This document shows positions 40,457-49,804 of a stretch of 64,000 nt of DNA, in pieces (the stretch's first letter is position 1; every line of letters starts with the position of its first letter). The stretch is from an uncultured Candidatus Saccharibacteria bacterium. Lineage in GTDB: Bacteria; Patescibacteriota; Minisyncoccia; UBA6257; GWB1-50-10. The stretch spans positions 23,329 to 87,328 of the forward strand of contig CAYISA010000002.1 of assembly GCA_964365955.1 (NCBI GenBank), in the 5' to 3' direction. The notes beneath the pieces were generated by a model. It was not told the origin of the DNA, ran no database searches, and saw nothing but the letters and a program-made list of their open reading frames with translations. The translations under genes were made by a program, and so were the position numbers.

Positions 40457-41719
40457 CTAGTTTGAAGGACGCTCGGCAAGCGCGGCGCGTACCGTAACAA
40501 TAGTATCGCCGCGCTGTATTTTGAAGGTAAGAGTGTCGCCGATATTATATTTTTGAATGATCGCTGAAAGCGGATGTTCGATTGTAATTTTTTCGCCGTT
40601 CGCTTCAAGCAGAATATCTTCCGCTAAAATCCCCGCTCTATCGGCCGGAGAATCCTTAACGACTGCGGGACCGTCTTCGGAACCGCGCACCAATGCGCCG
40701 TAATTCACCGGAAGTTTTTGCGCCTTCGCGTACTCTTCGTCCACCAGCCGATACCGCACTCCCAGATAGGCGGACCTGATACTGCCGGTTGTTTTAACCG
40801 ACTGAATGGCACGTTTTGCATTATTGATGGGGATCGTAAACCCGATGCTCTGCGCTCCCTCGGCCATCGCGGTATTAATACCGATCACTTCGCCCCGAAG
40901 ATTCAGAAGCGGCCCGCCGGAGTTTCCCGGATTGATTGCCGCGTCGGTCTGGATTACACCGGAAATCGTTTCCGTGCCGATCCCCTCGCCGGACGCGGTT
41001 ACCGTGCGCCCCAATCCGGATATCACTCCCACGGAAACCGTATTCCGGTACTCGCCAAGCGCGTTCCCGATTGCAATTGCGGTCTGCCCCAGTTTCAACG
41101 CACTCGAATCCCCCAGTTTTGCCGCGACAAGTCCTGCCGCCGTGATTTTGATGACCGCTAAGTCCTGTACAGGATCGCGCGCAAGCACTTTTGCGCTGTA
41201 TTTTTTTCCGTCGTTTGTGAGGACGGTGTACTCTGCTTTTGCATCCGCAACCACATGTTTATTCGTTAAAATCATGCCGTCCTCCGAAATCACGAACCCT
41301 GACCCCCCGCCCACTTCCTGCTTCTTGGTTCCCCTCTGGCAGGGTTGGCTGAACTGGAATCCAAAGTTTCCGCCAAAAAAATCGCGGAACTCCGGCGGAA
41401 TACCCCCCAACGGGTCTCCCGGACACTGTTCAATCACGGGTAGATCCTTGGAAATAACAATTGAGACTACTGACTTTGCGGCAGAATCCACTGCACCCAC
41501 AACGGCATTTTCATAATCAATCGCCGGCTTGTAGAGCGGAACTGTTTTCTCTTCCTTTTTTTGATCACTATAAACAGGCGCTTCCGGAACTTCACGCTTG
41601 AAAAACTTGAAGATATCGTCAAAAACGTTCGCGCGCGCGACTCCAATCGTGATCGCCACACCCGCGATTCCTCCCACAAGTCCTACCGCCACAATAAAAG
41701 AAATTAGTTTTTTAGACAT
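40457..41719 (-). CDS. htrA: HtrA/DegP family serine protease with PDZ domain
   Basis: TNKHVV (His), D, and GNSGGPL catalytic motifs; C-terminal PDZ. Confidence 0.85.
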   Translation of the reverse strand: MSKKLISFIVAVGLVGGIAGVAITIGVARANVFDDIFKFFKREVPEAPVYSDQKKEEKTVPLYKPAIDYENAVVGAVDSAAKSVVSIVISKDLPVIEQCPGDPLGGIPPEFRDFFGGNFGFQFSQPCQRGTKKQEVGGGSGFVISEDGMILTNKHVVADAKAEYTVLTNDGKKYSAKVLARDPVQDLAVIKITAAGLVAAKLGDSSALKLGQTAIAIGNALGEYRNTVSVGVISGLGRTVTASGEGIGTETISGVIQTDAAINPGNSGGPLLNLRGEVIGINTAMAEGAQSIGFTIPINNAKRAIQSVKTTGSIRSAYLGVRYRLVDEEYAKAQKLPVNYGALVRGSEDGPAVVKDSPADRAGILAEDILLEANGEKITIEHPLSAIIQKYNIGDTLTFKIQRGDTIVTVRAALAERPSN

Positions 41720-41746
41720 CGATAAACATATCTACGGTGTTCCAAC

Positions 41747-42538
41747 CTAGCGAATTTCGTACCGAAGCGTGACCGAAACGGAAACATCCTGCGAGCCGGG
41801 TTCAATCGCGGGAACGGGAACCGGAGCGGCATCGCCTCCGCCCATCCCGTATACTATTTTTTCATTCATCATCCGCAACGGAGCATACCCCTCATCAATC
41901 GAAAGTAATTTGCCGATACGAAAACCCCCGGCGTCCGCGATCATCTTCGCCTTCTCTTTAGCCCCTGTAATCGCCTTGGCACGGGCTTCATTTTGCACTT
42001 TTGAAAGATCGTCGATTCTGAAATCAAGGCCCGAAACCGTGTTTGCCCCGTTTTTTACGACACCTGCCAAAATATCGCCCACCTTCCCGAAATCGCGCAC
42101 TTTAACCGATACGGTCTGCGTAATGGCGTACCCCACGATCTCCGCGGGCGGGCAGGGTTTTGTGTTCCTCGACGCATCATAGGCGGGATTGCAGTTGTAA
42201 TGCTGGTACCGCGGTTCCAGATTATAGTTCTGTGTTTCGATGTCTTTTGCCTCCACACCCTGCGATTTTGCATACGCAATCGCTCCGTTCATTTTTTCGG
42301 TATTTTCTCTAATAAGCCCCGCGATCTCTTTCCCGCCTTGCGTTAAAACACTGAACGTAAAGGCGGCAACATCCGGAATCGCCACCACCTTTCCTTCTCC
42401 CTGAACCGTAAAGCTTCTCTCACGATTTAGATTGACCGAATCGTTATAACTCGACACGTAACTCCACGCGGCGAGCGTCACCCCCACAAGCGCAAGGATA
42501 ATCGCGCCTCCCACATAATTTTTTATTTTTTCTGTCAT
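41747..42538 (-). CDS. SIMPL (DUF541) domain protein
   Basis: N-terminal TM, then SIMPL-like region (VAIPDVAAFTFSV...). Confidence 0.7.
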   Translation of the reverse strand: MTEKIKNYVGGAIILALVGVTLAAWSYVSSYNDSVNLNRERSFTVQGEGKVVAIPDVAAFTFSVLTQGGKEIAGLIRENTEKMNGAIAYAKSQGVEAKDIETQNYNLEPRYQHYNCNPAYDASRNTKPCPPAEIVGYAITQTVSVKVRDFGKVGDILAGVVKNGANTVSGLDFRIDDLSKVQNEARAKAITGAKEKAKMIADAGGFRIGKLLSIDEGYAPLRMMNEKIVYGMGGGDAAPVPVPAIEPGSQDVSVSVTLRYEIR

Positions 42539-42552
42539 AGATTTTATTATAA

Positions 42553-42584
42553 CAAAAGACCCGTTTCAAAAATCGAAACGGGTC
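42553..42584 (-). terminator. rho-independent terminator of the 42641..43279 gene
   Basis: Perfect 10-bp stem GACCCGTTTC/GAAACGGGTC with a flanking U-tract on the minus strand. Confidence 0.55.
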
Positions 42585-42640
42585 AAAAATCTAAGGGACT
42601 AAGAGATTAAAAATCTAAGCATCAAAGTCCCAAGTCCAAG

Positions 42641-43279
42641 TTACTTGCGCACCGCAAGGAAACGATAGTTGCCATCCCAGCCACCCTCAAACCCAAGCAG
42701 ACCCAGCCCGCGCCCCGAAGCATGCGAGCAGAGCACCAGCACGCGGCGGTGGCCATCCAAGTACTGCCAGACCGAACCAAGAGCTACGATAGGATACTCC
42801 TTCTGCTCATCGCGGAAGGTTTCCCCAAAGGCAAGAAGCTCTGCTCCGTTCCCCGGGCGGAATCCATCCTTTTCCATCCATTTGATCGCCTCTTCGGAGG
42901 AGATGGGACGATCAAAGTGATAGAGTTTGTGGTCTGGAGAGTAGTCTACAGGCACGTTTGTGGGGAAATGCCCTTTTGTGATGTCGGGGTTTACCCAGTC
43001 GTACTTCCCACGGGCGATACGGTCGGCAAGGGAGAGATGCGCTGGAATTTCCAAAATGTTTTTAACCACTCCATGCACTAGCTCGGCGAGCACATCAGCG
43101 ATCTTCTTGATCGCGGGTTTTCCCCTTGGTTGTGCCACCGCAGTAATTGCCTCGACAACGTTTATACCGCGCTCCTTGAGTTCTTCTGATATTTCAGTTG
43201 CGACAGACTGAAAATGGCCGGCAAACTGAATCAAAGGATTTTTTTTACTCATGACACTACTCCTTATATTGTGGCTCAT
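42641..43279 (-). CDS. hypothetical protein
   Basis: No recognised motif; has its own terminator. Confidence 0.4.
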   Translation of the reverse strand: MSHNIRSSVMSKKNPLIQFAGHFQSVATEISEELKERGINVVEAITAVAQPRGKPAIKKIADVLAELVHGVVKNILEIPAHLSLADRIARGKYDWVNPDITKGHFPTNVPVDYSPDHKLYHFDRPISSEEAIKWMEKDGFRPGNGAELLAFGETFRDEQKEYPIVALGSVWQYLDGHRRVLVLCSHASGRGLGLLGFEGGWDGNYRFLAVRK

Positions 43280-43402
43280 CTCTCATCTCATGATTTTCAC
43301 GAGACCCCAGACAAACCGTTTGTAAAGTACATTTCTAGTCTAGCATATGATACGCTAGAAAGTCAATAGCTATGAACGATAAGTAAAATATGGAGTTTTG
43401 GC

Positions 43403-44866
43403 CTATCGCTTAATAATTTTTCTTAATCTTTTTACCACCTTCCGAACTTCTTCTTGCGTGGTTTCACGTCCTAAACTGAACCGGATACTGCACGTTATGC
43501 GATCGGGCGCGCACCCGATCGCCTGAAGGACGTGCGATGATTTTAACGCGCGTGCGGAACACGCCGCACCGGCGGAAACCGCAACTCCCGCCCGATCAAA
43601 TTGCATAAGCAGGTCTTCCGCAAGATGCGCCGGGAAAAATACGTTCGCGACATGCGGCGCAAAACGTGCCCTCTTACTCTCAAAATCCAGACCGTTCCAC
43701 TGCGCATCGGGATAAACTTTTTTGATGCCTTCAAGAAGCTCGGCGCGCAACACGTAGACTTTCTTCCTATTTTTCACGCGCTCTTTTACGGCAATCTCAA
43801 CTGCCTTCCCGAACCCCGCGATCCCCGGCGTATTCGGAGTTCCCGCCCGCATTTTGAACTCCTGCTCCCCGCCCGTGATCACGCCCGGCAGTTTCACACG
43901 GGTGTAGAGCACGCCCACACCTTTCGGACCCTCGATTTTATGTGCCGAAAGCGTCATCATATCCACATTGAGTTCCCACACGTTGCAATCCAGATACTGA
44001 AATGCTTGTACGGCATCGGTATGAAACAATGGATAGACAGAGTCGCTCACCTTTCTTTCACGAAAAGACGGGGTCTCACTCGCCCAGCCGCTCGTTCGCC
44101 CGCTTAACTCTCGTCCTCGCTCTTCTCGCAATGCTCGAAACCATGCCCGCTCGGACTCCGAGACACTTTTCTTAGAAAGAAACGTTTGCTCCTTAAATTC
44201 TTTAATAATTTTTGAAATCTCGACGATCGGTTGAATCGTCCCAATCACATTATTCACATACATGATGGAAACCAGAATCGTGTTTTCGTTCAGCGCGCTT
44301 TGTAGCGCGTGGAGATCTACCACGCCCCGCGCATCCACCGGAAGATACACCACCTCCACGCCTTTGCGCTCCAGATCTTTTGCGGTTTCCAAAACAGATT
44401 CGTGTTCGATCGCAGAAACAATAATTCTTGGACGATGCTTTATTTCAGAAAGCTGTTTTGAGGAATATCCCACAGCTTCAACAAGCTTGGACTCCGACTC
44501 ATGTCGGAGTTGTTGAGGCGAGGGAAAAGAAAGTTTTGCCGCTGGAGAAAAACTATTCTGGTTCCGAAAAACAGTTTGCTGAAATAATAAGGCTTGTTTT
44601 ACAACACCGCGAAGCGCCAAATTATTCGCCTCCGTTGCGGAACCCGTAAATACAATCTCTTCAAACTGTCCTCCAATCGCGCGCGCGACTTTTTCCCGTG
44701 CGTCATCCACCGCCTTGATGGCTGCCTGCCCCCAGGAATGGAGCGATCCCGCATTCCCAAACTCACCCTTAAAATACGGTTCCATCGCCTTAAAGACCTT
44801 GGGGTCAAGGGGTGTAGAGGCGCAATAATCCATATAAATCCTTTTATTTGCTTGCTTTTTTGACAT
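43403..44866 (-). CDS. cysteine desulfurase (aminotransferase class V, IscS/NifS-like) with two insertions
   Basis: DYCASTPLDP..., SAHKIEGPKG PLP-lysine, C-terminal active-site Cys region; ~90 extra low-complexity residues compared with typical IscS. Confidence 0.8.
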   Translation of the reverse strand: MSKKQANKRIYMDYCASTPLDPKVFKAMEPYFKGEFGNAGSLHSWGQAAIKAVDDAREKVARAIGGQFEEIVFTGSATEANNLALRGVVKQALLFQQTVFRNQNSFSPAAKLSFPSPQQLRHESESKLVEAVGYSSKQLSEIKHRPRIIVSAIEHESVLETAKDLERKGVEVVYLPVDARGVVDLHALQSALNENTILVSIMYVNNVIGTIQPIVEISKIIKEFKEQTFLSKKSVSESERAWFRALREERGRELSGRTSGWASETPSFRERKVSDSVYPLFHTDAVQAFQYLDCNVWELNVDMMTLSAHKIEGPKGVGVLYTRVKLPGVITGGEQEFKMRAGTPNTPGIAGFGKAVEIAVKERVKNRKKVYVLRAELLEGIKKVYPDAQWNGLDFESKRARFAPHVANVFFPAHLAEDLLMQFDRAGVAVSAGAACSARALKSSHVLQAIGCAPDRITCSIRFSLGRETTQEEVRKVVKRLRKIIKR

Positions 44867-44894
44867 ATTGACAGATTAGTATCTATATAATAAG

Positions 44895-45548
44895 ATGATA
44901 ACAGAATTCTTTACAATTTTCAATCACTTAAAAGAAAGGTGGCTTCTTATGCCCCAGCAAGTAAAAAAATGGAGCGAGTATGCTCCTCCGGGTCGTCGTG
45001 TTTCAGGAGACTGGGACGTGATGGCGTATGAAAAAAACGAATCGGGAAAGATGGTCGTTCATCTGATCATCTGGGACGGCGCCTCTATCGTCCTTGTAAA
45101 AAATGAAAAAGGGGAAAGTAGCGGGTTTCAAAAACCTGCGGCATGGGGACTCCCAACCGAGACCGTGCGTTCGGGGGAGCTTGCAACTATTGAGACGCCC
45201 TACGCAGCTGTAGAACGGGTGGTCAGAGAGGAACTAAATCTTTTCGATCATTCGGTCTCGGTAAATTCGAAACCGATCCTCGTCACAAAAACATCCAACG
45301 GGGTTTTCCATTTCTATTTTGGTGGCACCATAGAGCCATATACGGATATCCCAAAAAATATTCGTGATGTCAATAGAGGAGAAGTCTCCGCCGCAACACT
45401 CGTGGATCCAGACACAATCCGGATTCCAGATGCCTCGCCTGATGCCCCAGAGATAGAACGCTTTCCGTTTTTTGAAAATCGAGACGGAAAACAAATTATC
45501 TATCCGGGACACCTGGGTGGGGTAGCGTATGCCCGGTCTCACGGTTAG
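44895..45548 (+). CDS. NUDIX-like hydrolase with degenerate Nudix box (hypothetical)
   Basis: AAWGLPTETVRSGELATIETPYAAVERVVREELNL only loosely matches GX5EX7REUXEEXGU. Confidence 0.4.
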   Translation: MITEFFTIFNHLKERWLLMPQQVKKWSEYAPPGRRVSGDWDVMAYEKNESGKMVVHLIIWDGASIVLVKNEKGESSGFQKPAAWGLPTETVRSGELATIETPYAAVERVVREELNLFDHSVSVNSKPILVTKTSNGVFHFYFGGTIEPYTDIPKNIRDVNRGEVSAATLVDPDTIRIPDASPDAPEIERFPFFENRDGKQIIYPGHLGGVAYARSHG

Positions 45549-45599
45549 AAAAATCGAGCCGATCCGAGAAATGAATCCCCTGCAATACGCGGGGGATTT

Positions 45600-46190
45600 T
45601 TATTTTCCTGTGAGCGACGTAAGAAGTTTTCGAATCTCAATTCCGTCTTTTGTTTTTTTGTTTTCGCACGCAAGTAGAAGCCGCGCTAGTTTCTTGCGGT
45701 GCCCGAATGCCATTCCCGCGCCTTCGGACGCCGCATCGTCCCCACCCGGAAGTTTCGAAAGCGGGAACCACTTGGTTTTTTCAATCACCTTGTCGCGCGC
45801 GACATCTTTCAACGGTTTTGGTTCTTTGTCGGTTACCACAAGAAAAAAAGTGTCTTCGTGAAACTCGGCGTCGGGCCGATCCGAAGGGATGCGGATAGAA
45901 ATCGAAAGCTTGGCATCGAGAACTCCTTTCGGGAGCGCACATCCGGTTTCTTCTTCAAACTCGCGCTGTGCCGTATCCGTCAAAGATGTGTCGATGCGGA
46001 TATTAAAATGTCCCATCGGCATTTTCCATGCGCGTTCTTCAACAAAAAATCCTCCGCTTTTCTGGAGGTTTTTTTCACCCGCCCGCTGCAGCATCAATAG
46101 CAGATGCGGAATTTTATTTTTCAAAAAAATGAACGCGACGCCCGCCGAGTAACTGACGCCGGATTCGGGTTTAAATGCCGCACGCTCCAT
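45600..46190 (-). CDS. NUDIX hydrolase
   Basis: Canonical Nudix box ...REFEEETG; start set at MERAAF so that it abuts mgtC. Confidence 0.6.
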   Translation of the reverse strand: MERAAFKPESGVSYSAGVAFIFLKNKIPHLLLMLQRAGEKNLQKSGGFFVEERAWKMPMGHFNIRIDTSLTDTAQREFEEETGCALPKGVLDAKLSISIRIPSDRPDAEFHEDTFFLVVTDKEPKPLKDVARDKVIEKTKWFPLSKLPGGDDAASEGAGMAFGHRKKLARLLLACENKKTKDGIEIRKLLTSLTGK

Positions 46191-46194
46191 AGGG

Positions 46195-46770
46195 TTAATC
46201 GTGACTGTGGCTACGATCTTCTTCGTCTGCCTCCTCTTCCGGATGCCGGTGCCCGGGAGCCTTCCCGACGTATTTATAAAGGTTGATTTTTCTAAGTCCG
46301 ACCAATAACAATGTGAGACCCACCGAAGAAACCGCCGCGAATTCCCACAGCCCAATGCCACAGAGCACTCCGATTGCCGCCGCAAACCACACAGTAGCCG
46401 CGGTGGTAAGCCCTCGTACATGGATCCCCTGCTTTACAATAATGCCGGCACCCAAAAAACCTACTCCCACAACCACATTCGCCACAGCGCCCAAGAATCC
46501 GCTGTTACGCGCCAGAATTTCTTCCAAGTTCGCGGGTGAAAGCGCAATTAAATAAGGAAGCGTAACTCCAACAATCGCAAAAATTGCCGCCCCCGCCGCA
46601 ACCATAATATCCGTGCGGATTCCCGCCTCTTTCCCGGCAAGTTCGCGCTCCAACCCAATGATGGCTCCTAAAACCACCGCAATCGCGAGCCGCAACACCA
46701 TCTGTTCCAGGGTAAGCATGACCCTATTATTGTAATCATAAAAAAACACCCCCGCAAATCGCGGAGGCAC
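46195..46770 (-). CDS. mgtC: MgtC/SapB family membrane protein
   Basis: LRLAIAVVLGAIIGLERELAGKEAGIRT signature. Confidence 0.7.
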   Translation of the reverse strand: MPPRFAGVFFYDYNNRVMLTLEQMVLRLAIAVVLGAIIGLERELAGKEAGIRTDIMVAAGAAIFAIVGVTLPYLIALSPANLEEILARNSGFLGAVANVVVGVGFLGAGIIVKQGIHVRGLTTAATVWFAAAIGVLCGIGLWEFAAVSSVGLTLLLVGLRKINLYKYVGKAPGHRHPEEEADEEDRSHSHD

Positions 46771-46785
46771 TTTTTAAGCTCTGAT

Positions 46786-47073
46786 CTAGAGACTGTTTAC
46801 ATCACTATTGACGCTCTGAAAATCGGGCGCAATCGGATTCATGTTAATCCCTTGTACATCTTCATCTAAGGGAGTGAGATTTTCCGCCGGAAAAGCAGAC
46901 GGGGAATTTTGACCTGTAGACGGCGCGGAAACTTTATTCATGCTGGTGATCCAGACAGCCGCGATAATCGCCACAAGGACAACAAGAACAATCCAAAGCA
47001 TCATCTTCTTCTTTGAATCCTCTGGTTGGGGCGCACTCACGGGAGTCACGGGTTGTTGCATATTATTATCCAT
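46786..47073 (-). CDS. small single-pass membrane protein (hypothetical)
   Basis: MLWIVLVVLVAIIAAVWITS TM segment. Confidence 0.35.
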   Translation of the reverse strand: MDNNMQQPVTPVSAPQPEDSKKKMMLWIVLVVLVAIIAAVWITSMNKVSAPSTGQNSPSAFPAENLTPLDEDVQGINMNPIAPDFQSVNSDVNSL

Positions 47074-47090
47074 AAGAAATAAAAATTAAA

Positions 47091-48077
47091 TTAAGGAGTC
47101 GACGTTGTCGCGGTAGACGTTGGAGTGGAAGTGGGTATTACCACTAGAGGATTTTCCGCACCACGTGCTTTCGCAAGCGCAACAGCCGCTGTATGCACGG
47201 CATCGCGCGCGCCCTGTACGACCGTTCGTGTCGCTTCTAAATCTTTACGAAGCGCATCCCGCGCCGCTTGAACCGCATCTTTCACCACTGCGGGCGTGGT
47301 CGAAGCCGTCCATGTGATCGGATACGTTTTCCCGCTCTGTGCTTTTACTGCCGCTTGCGCGTTTTGAATTGCGGTATCGGCTACGGTGATTGCTGTTCGC
47401 ACATCCGCAACATTGATGCCCCTAGAAGCCACATCATCGGTCCGCGCCTTAATGCGCACTAGCACTTCCCCTACCTGATCCAATACATCCAGGAAATGGT
47501 CTGTCCAACGTGTATTCAGTTTTCCAAGATTTTCATCCACGCGGTTCACGACTTCTTCCCGGCGGGTATCGCGCAGTTCGCGCACTTTTTCTTTTAGTTT
47601 TTCGCGCGCGTTTTCTATTTTCTTCTTCGCCTCTTCGCGAACCGTTTCCATCTTGAACTTAAACTCTTCCCGCTTCACTTCAAACGCTTTTTTCATCTCT
47701 TCCCGTTTCGCTTCAAATACTTGTTTCATTTCTTCTCGCTTTGCTTCAAACGCTTTCTTTGCGTCTTCGCGGGTATTTTTAATTTCCTCGCGGAGATTTT
47801 GGACCCCTTCCTTTCGCGCTTCATTGAGATCCCGCTTTACGTCGCGCACTTCCTCACGCACATCTTTATGTACGTCGCGTATGTTTTCCCTTACGTTTTT
47901 CTGTACATCACGCACTTCTTGACGGACGTCTTTGCGCGCATCGCGCATCTGTTCGACCGTCTCTTTCTTCCCTTCACGCAATACTTCGCGAGCCCCTTGA
48001 AACGGTACCGGTGTTGGTTGAGCAAGCGCCGCTCCCGTAATCGCAAAGAATGCTATAAACGAAATAACAGTTTTCAT
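47091..48077 (-). CDS. secreted coiled-coil protein with tandem 8-11-aa amphipathic repeats
   Basis: Signal peptide; (D)VRxEVRDV repeats, then AKREEMKxxFE 11-mers; Thr/Ser-rich C-terminus. Confidence 0.6.
   Translation of the reverse strand: MKTVISFIAFFAITGAALAQPTPVPFQGAREVLREGKKETVEQMRDARKDVRQEVRDVQKNVRENIRDVHKDVREEVRDVKRDLNEARKEGVQNLREEIKNTREDAKKAFEAKREEMKQVFEAKREEMKKAFEVKREEFKFKMETVREEAKKKIENAREKLKEKVRELRDTRREEVVNRVDENLGKLNTRWTDHFLDVLDQVGEVLVRIKARTDDVASRGINVADVRTAITVADTAIQNAQAAVKAQSGKTYPITWTASTTPAVVKDAVQAARDALRKDLEATRTVVQGARDAVHTAAVALAKARGAENPLVVIPTSTPTSTATTSTP
47640..47759 (-). repeat. about three tandem 33-bp repeats encoding the 11-residue AKREEMKxxFE units
   Basis: Near-identical DNA units visible at 47650-47760. 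Confidence 0.6.
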
Positions 48078-48162
48078 ATAGTATTTTTTGTTTGACCTTT
48101 ATAGATAATACGCCTTCTATGGGACGTATGCTCTATTATGCCATATCGCACACGAAAAAAAA

Positions 48163-48726
48163 TCAATAGGAAGGATGTTCTTCTAAAATTCCCTTCGCGT
48201 GGTTTGCATACCGCGCGAGCGCAAATAAAACACTTGAAAGTCGGTTCCAAAAAGTAAGGAACTCGGAAGAGAGCGCGAGTCGCTCGCGCACACCCGCGAT
48301 GCTCCGCTCCGCGCGCCGCGCTTCCACGCGCGCAAGCTCAAACCGCGCGGAAAGTTCACTTCCGCCGGGGATAATGAACTGTGTGAGCGTCGGCATTTTC
48401 TTGTCGATCACGTGAATCGTTTCTTCCAAAAAAGCGATATGGGACTCCAAAATCTTCCTGGTGTTGTCGGACACACCGAACGCGCGTGCGGCGCATTCCG
48501 CCTGCGCGATAAAAATTATTTCCTGAATTTTCAAAATAGTATTCCCGATCTCGCGGAGCGCGGGAATCGCTTGAGGAGCGCTTTCAACCCGGCAAAACCC
48601 TAAAAGCGCGTTCACCGAATCCATCGCCCCAAGCACCTTGAACACGGCATCGTCTTTTCCGTATGTCTTTCCGCCAATCTTACTTTCTCCTCCGTCTCCT
48701 GCTCCTGTAAAAAACTGGGTATTCAT
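48163..48726 (-). CDS. PduO-type ATP:cob(I)alamin adenosyltransferase family protein
   Basis: FTGAGDGGESKIGGKTYGKDDAVFKVLGAMDSVNALLG N-terminal signature; start at the MNTQFF Met. Confidence 0.75.
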   Translation of the reverse strand: MNTQFFTGAGDGGESKIGGKTYGKDDAVFKVLGAMDSVNALLGFCRVESAPQAIPALREIGNTILKIQEIIFIAQAECAARAFGVSDNTRKILESHIAFLEETIHVIDKKMPTLTQFIIPGGSELSARFELARVEARRAERSIAGVRERLALSSEFLTFWNRLSSVLFALARYANHAKGILEEHPSY

Positions 48727-48775
48727 GGATATATTGTAGAACAAAATAAAAACCCCCGGAACTCGGGGGGTGATG

Positions 48776-49186
48776 TCATTCGGTTTTCGGCGGCGTATAG
48801 GGCACCTCGTCGTAGCCGTCATCAATTAACTTTTTCCTTCTCTTCCGTATTACTTCAGAAGTCTGCTTAATCTCTGCCTCTGCGCCACAAAAGGGACAAA
48901 ATCTTACTTCTACTCTTCCGTTCAGATACAGGCCTAGTTCCCCGCGCACAAGGAGCTGTATGCCAGGTCCTCCGTAAAAAACATCATCTGGGTTCGGTCC
49001 AAAACAACGGTCCCGATACAAGGCATCGAAAGCCGCGCAACAGGATTTTGTTTGCTCATAATCCGGCCTCTTGCCCCAAACAGTTTCTGGGCTTGCCCAT
49101 ATTTTTCTGAATCCGACGACGCATTTTTTCTTCTCGTCTGCCACAATCGTTTCTCCTAAAATAGTGAGTGAATGTCCTGAAACCAA
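48776..49186 (-). CDS. hypothetical Cys-containing protein
   Basis: ORF only; CPFCG motif. Confidence 0.3.
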   Translation of the reverse strand: MVSGHSLTILGETIVADEKKKCVVGFRKIWASPETVWGKRPDYEQTKSCCAAFDALYRDRCFGPNPDDVFYGGPGIQLLVRGELGLYLNGRVEVRFCPFCGAEAEIKQTSEVIRKRRKKLIDDGYDEVPYTPPKTE

Positions 49187-49256
49187 GATAGCCTTTTTGC
49201 GCTACCTCGTCAAGTTTTGGATCGTTTAATCAGTCCGCACAACCGGTCGTCCAAAT

Positions 49257-49331
49257 TGGGGTGCCTGAAGGGAATCGAACCCTCGTGACCGCTGCCACAG
49301 AGCGGTGTTCTACCATTGAACTACAGGCACC
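49257..49331 (-). tRNA. tRNA-His (GTG) with G-1 and genomically encoded CCA
   Basis: Hand-folded cloverleaf: anticodon loop CTGTGGC, G-1:C73 pair, TTCGATT T-loop. Confidence 0.85.
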
Positions 49332-49378
49332 GTCGTTTATGTTATACCCCTTTCAAAAGGTGACGTCAAAAAGCTCCC

Positions 49379-49777
49379 CTACCAGCGCCCGGAACGAAGC
49401 GCTTTTTTGCGTCCGTGCATTTTTTTGTCTTCGCGACGAGCACGTTTTACACTCCGCGGAACCGCGGTAGGAATGCGCGGAGCTTTTATTTTAAGAACGC
49501 TATTGATAAGTGCGTTTAAATGTCCAATCGCCATAGCACGATTCTGCGCCTGCGACCGTTCTTCTTCGCACCATGCTTCTATTTCATCGCGGTGATTCAA
49601 CCGGTGGCGCGGAAGTTTTTTTCGGAGCATTTTTTTCTGCTCTGCCGAAAGCGGCAATTTTCCCACGCCCACCCACACTTGCGCTTTGGTCGCGCGGCGA
49701 TTCGTGCGGGATCCGCCCGGACCCGACGAGCGCGCGCTTTTGAATTTCACATCTTTTTCCGTAAGGTAAATAGGCAT
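49379..49777 (-). CDS. ArfB-like peptidyl-tRNA hydrolase domain protein (RF-1 domain) with GGS in place of GGQ
   Basis: SARSSGPGGSRTNRRATKAQV aligns to the ArfB GAGGQHVNKTSTA loop; basic C-terminal tail; start at MPIYLTEKD. Confidence 0.55.
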   Translation of the reverse strand: MPIYLTEKDVKFKSARSSGPGGSRTNRRATKAQVWVGVGKLPLSAEQKKMLRKKLPRHRLNHRDEIEAWCEEERSQAQNRAMAIGHLNALINSVLKIKAPRIPTAVPRSVKRARREDKKMHGRKKALRSGRW

Positions 49778-49804
49778 TTTTGAATTATACGGTATACTAT
49801 TTCG

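Noticed and set aside
40718-41516. Plus-strand ORFs (147 and 236 aa) inside the HtrA gene
   Set aside because: Antisense to a protease with its catalytic triad and PDZ domain intact.
43280-43402. TCTAGC-N9-GCTAGA palindrome upstream of the 42641..43279 gene as an operator site
   Set aside because: It is a single short palindrome with no adjacent regulator gene, so it cannot be told apart from chance.
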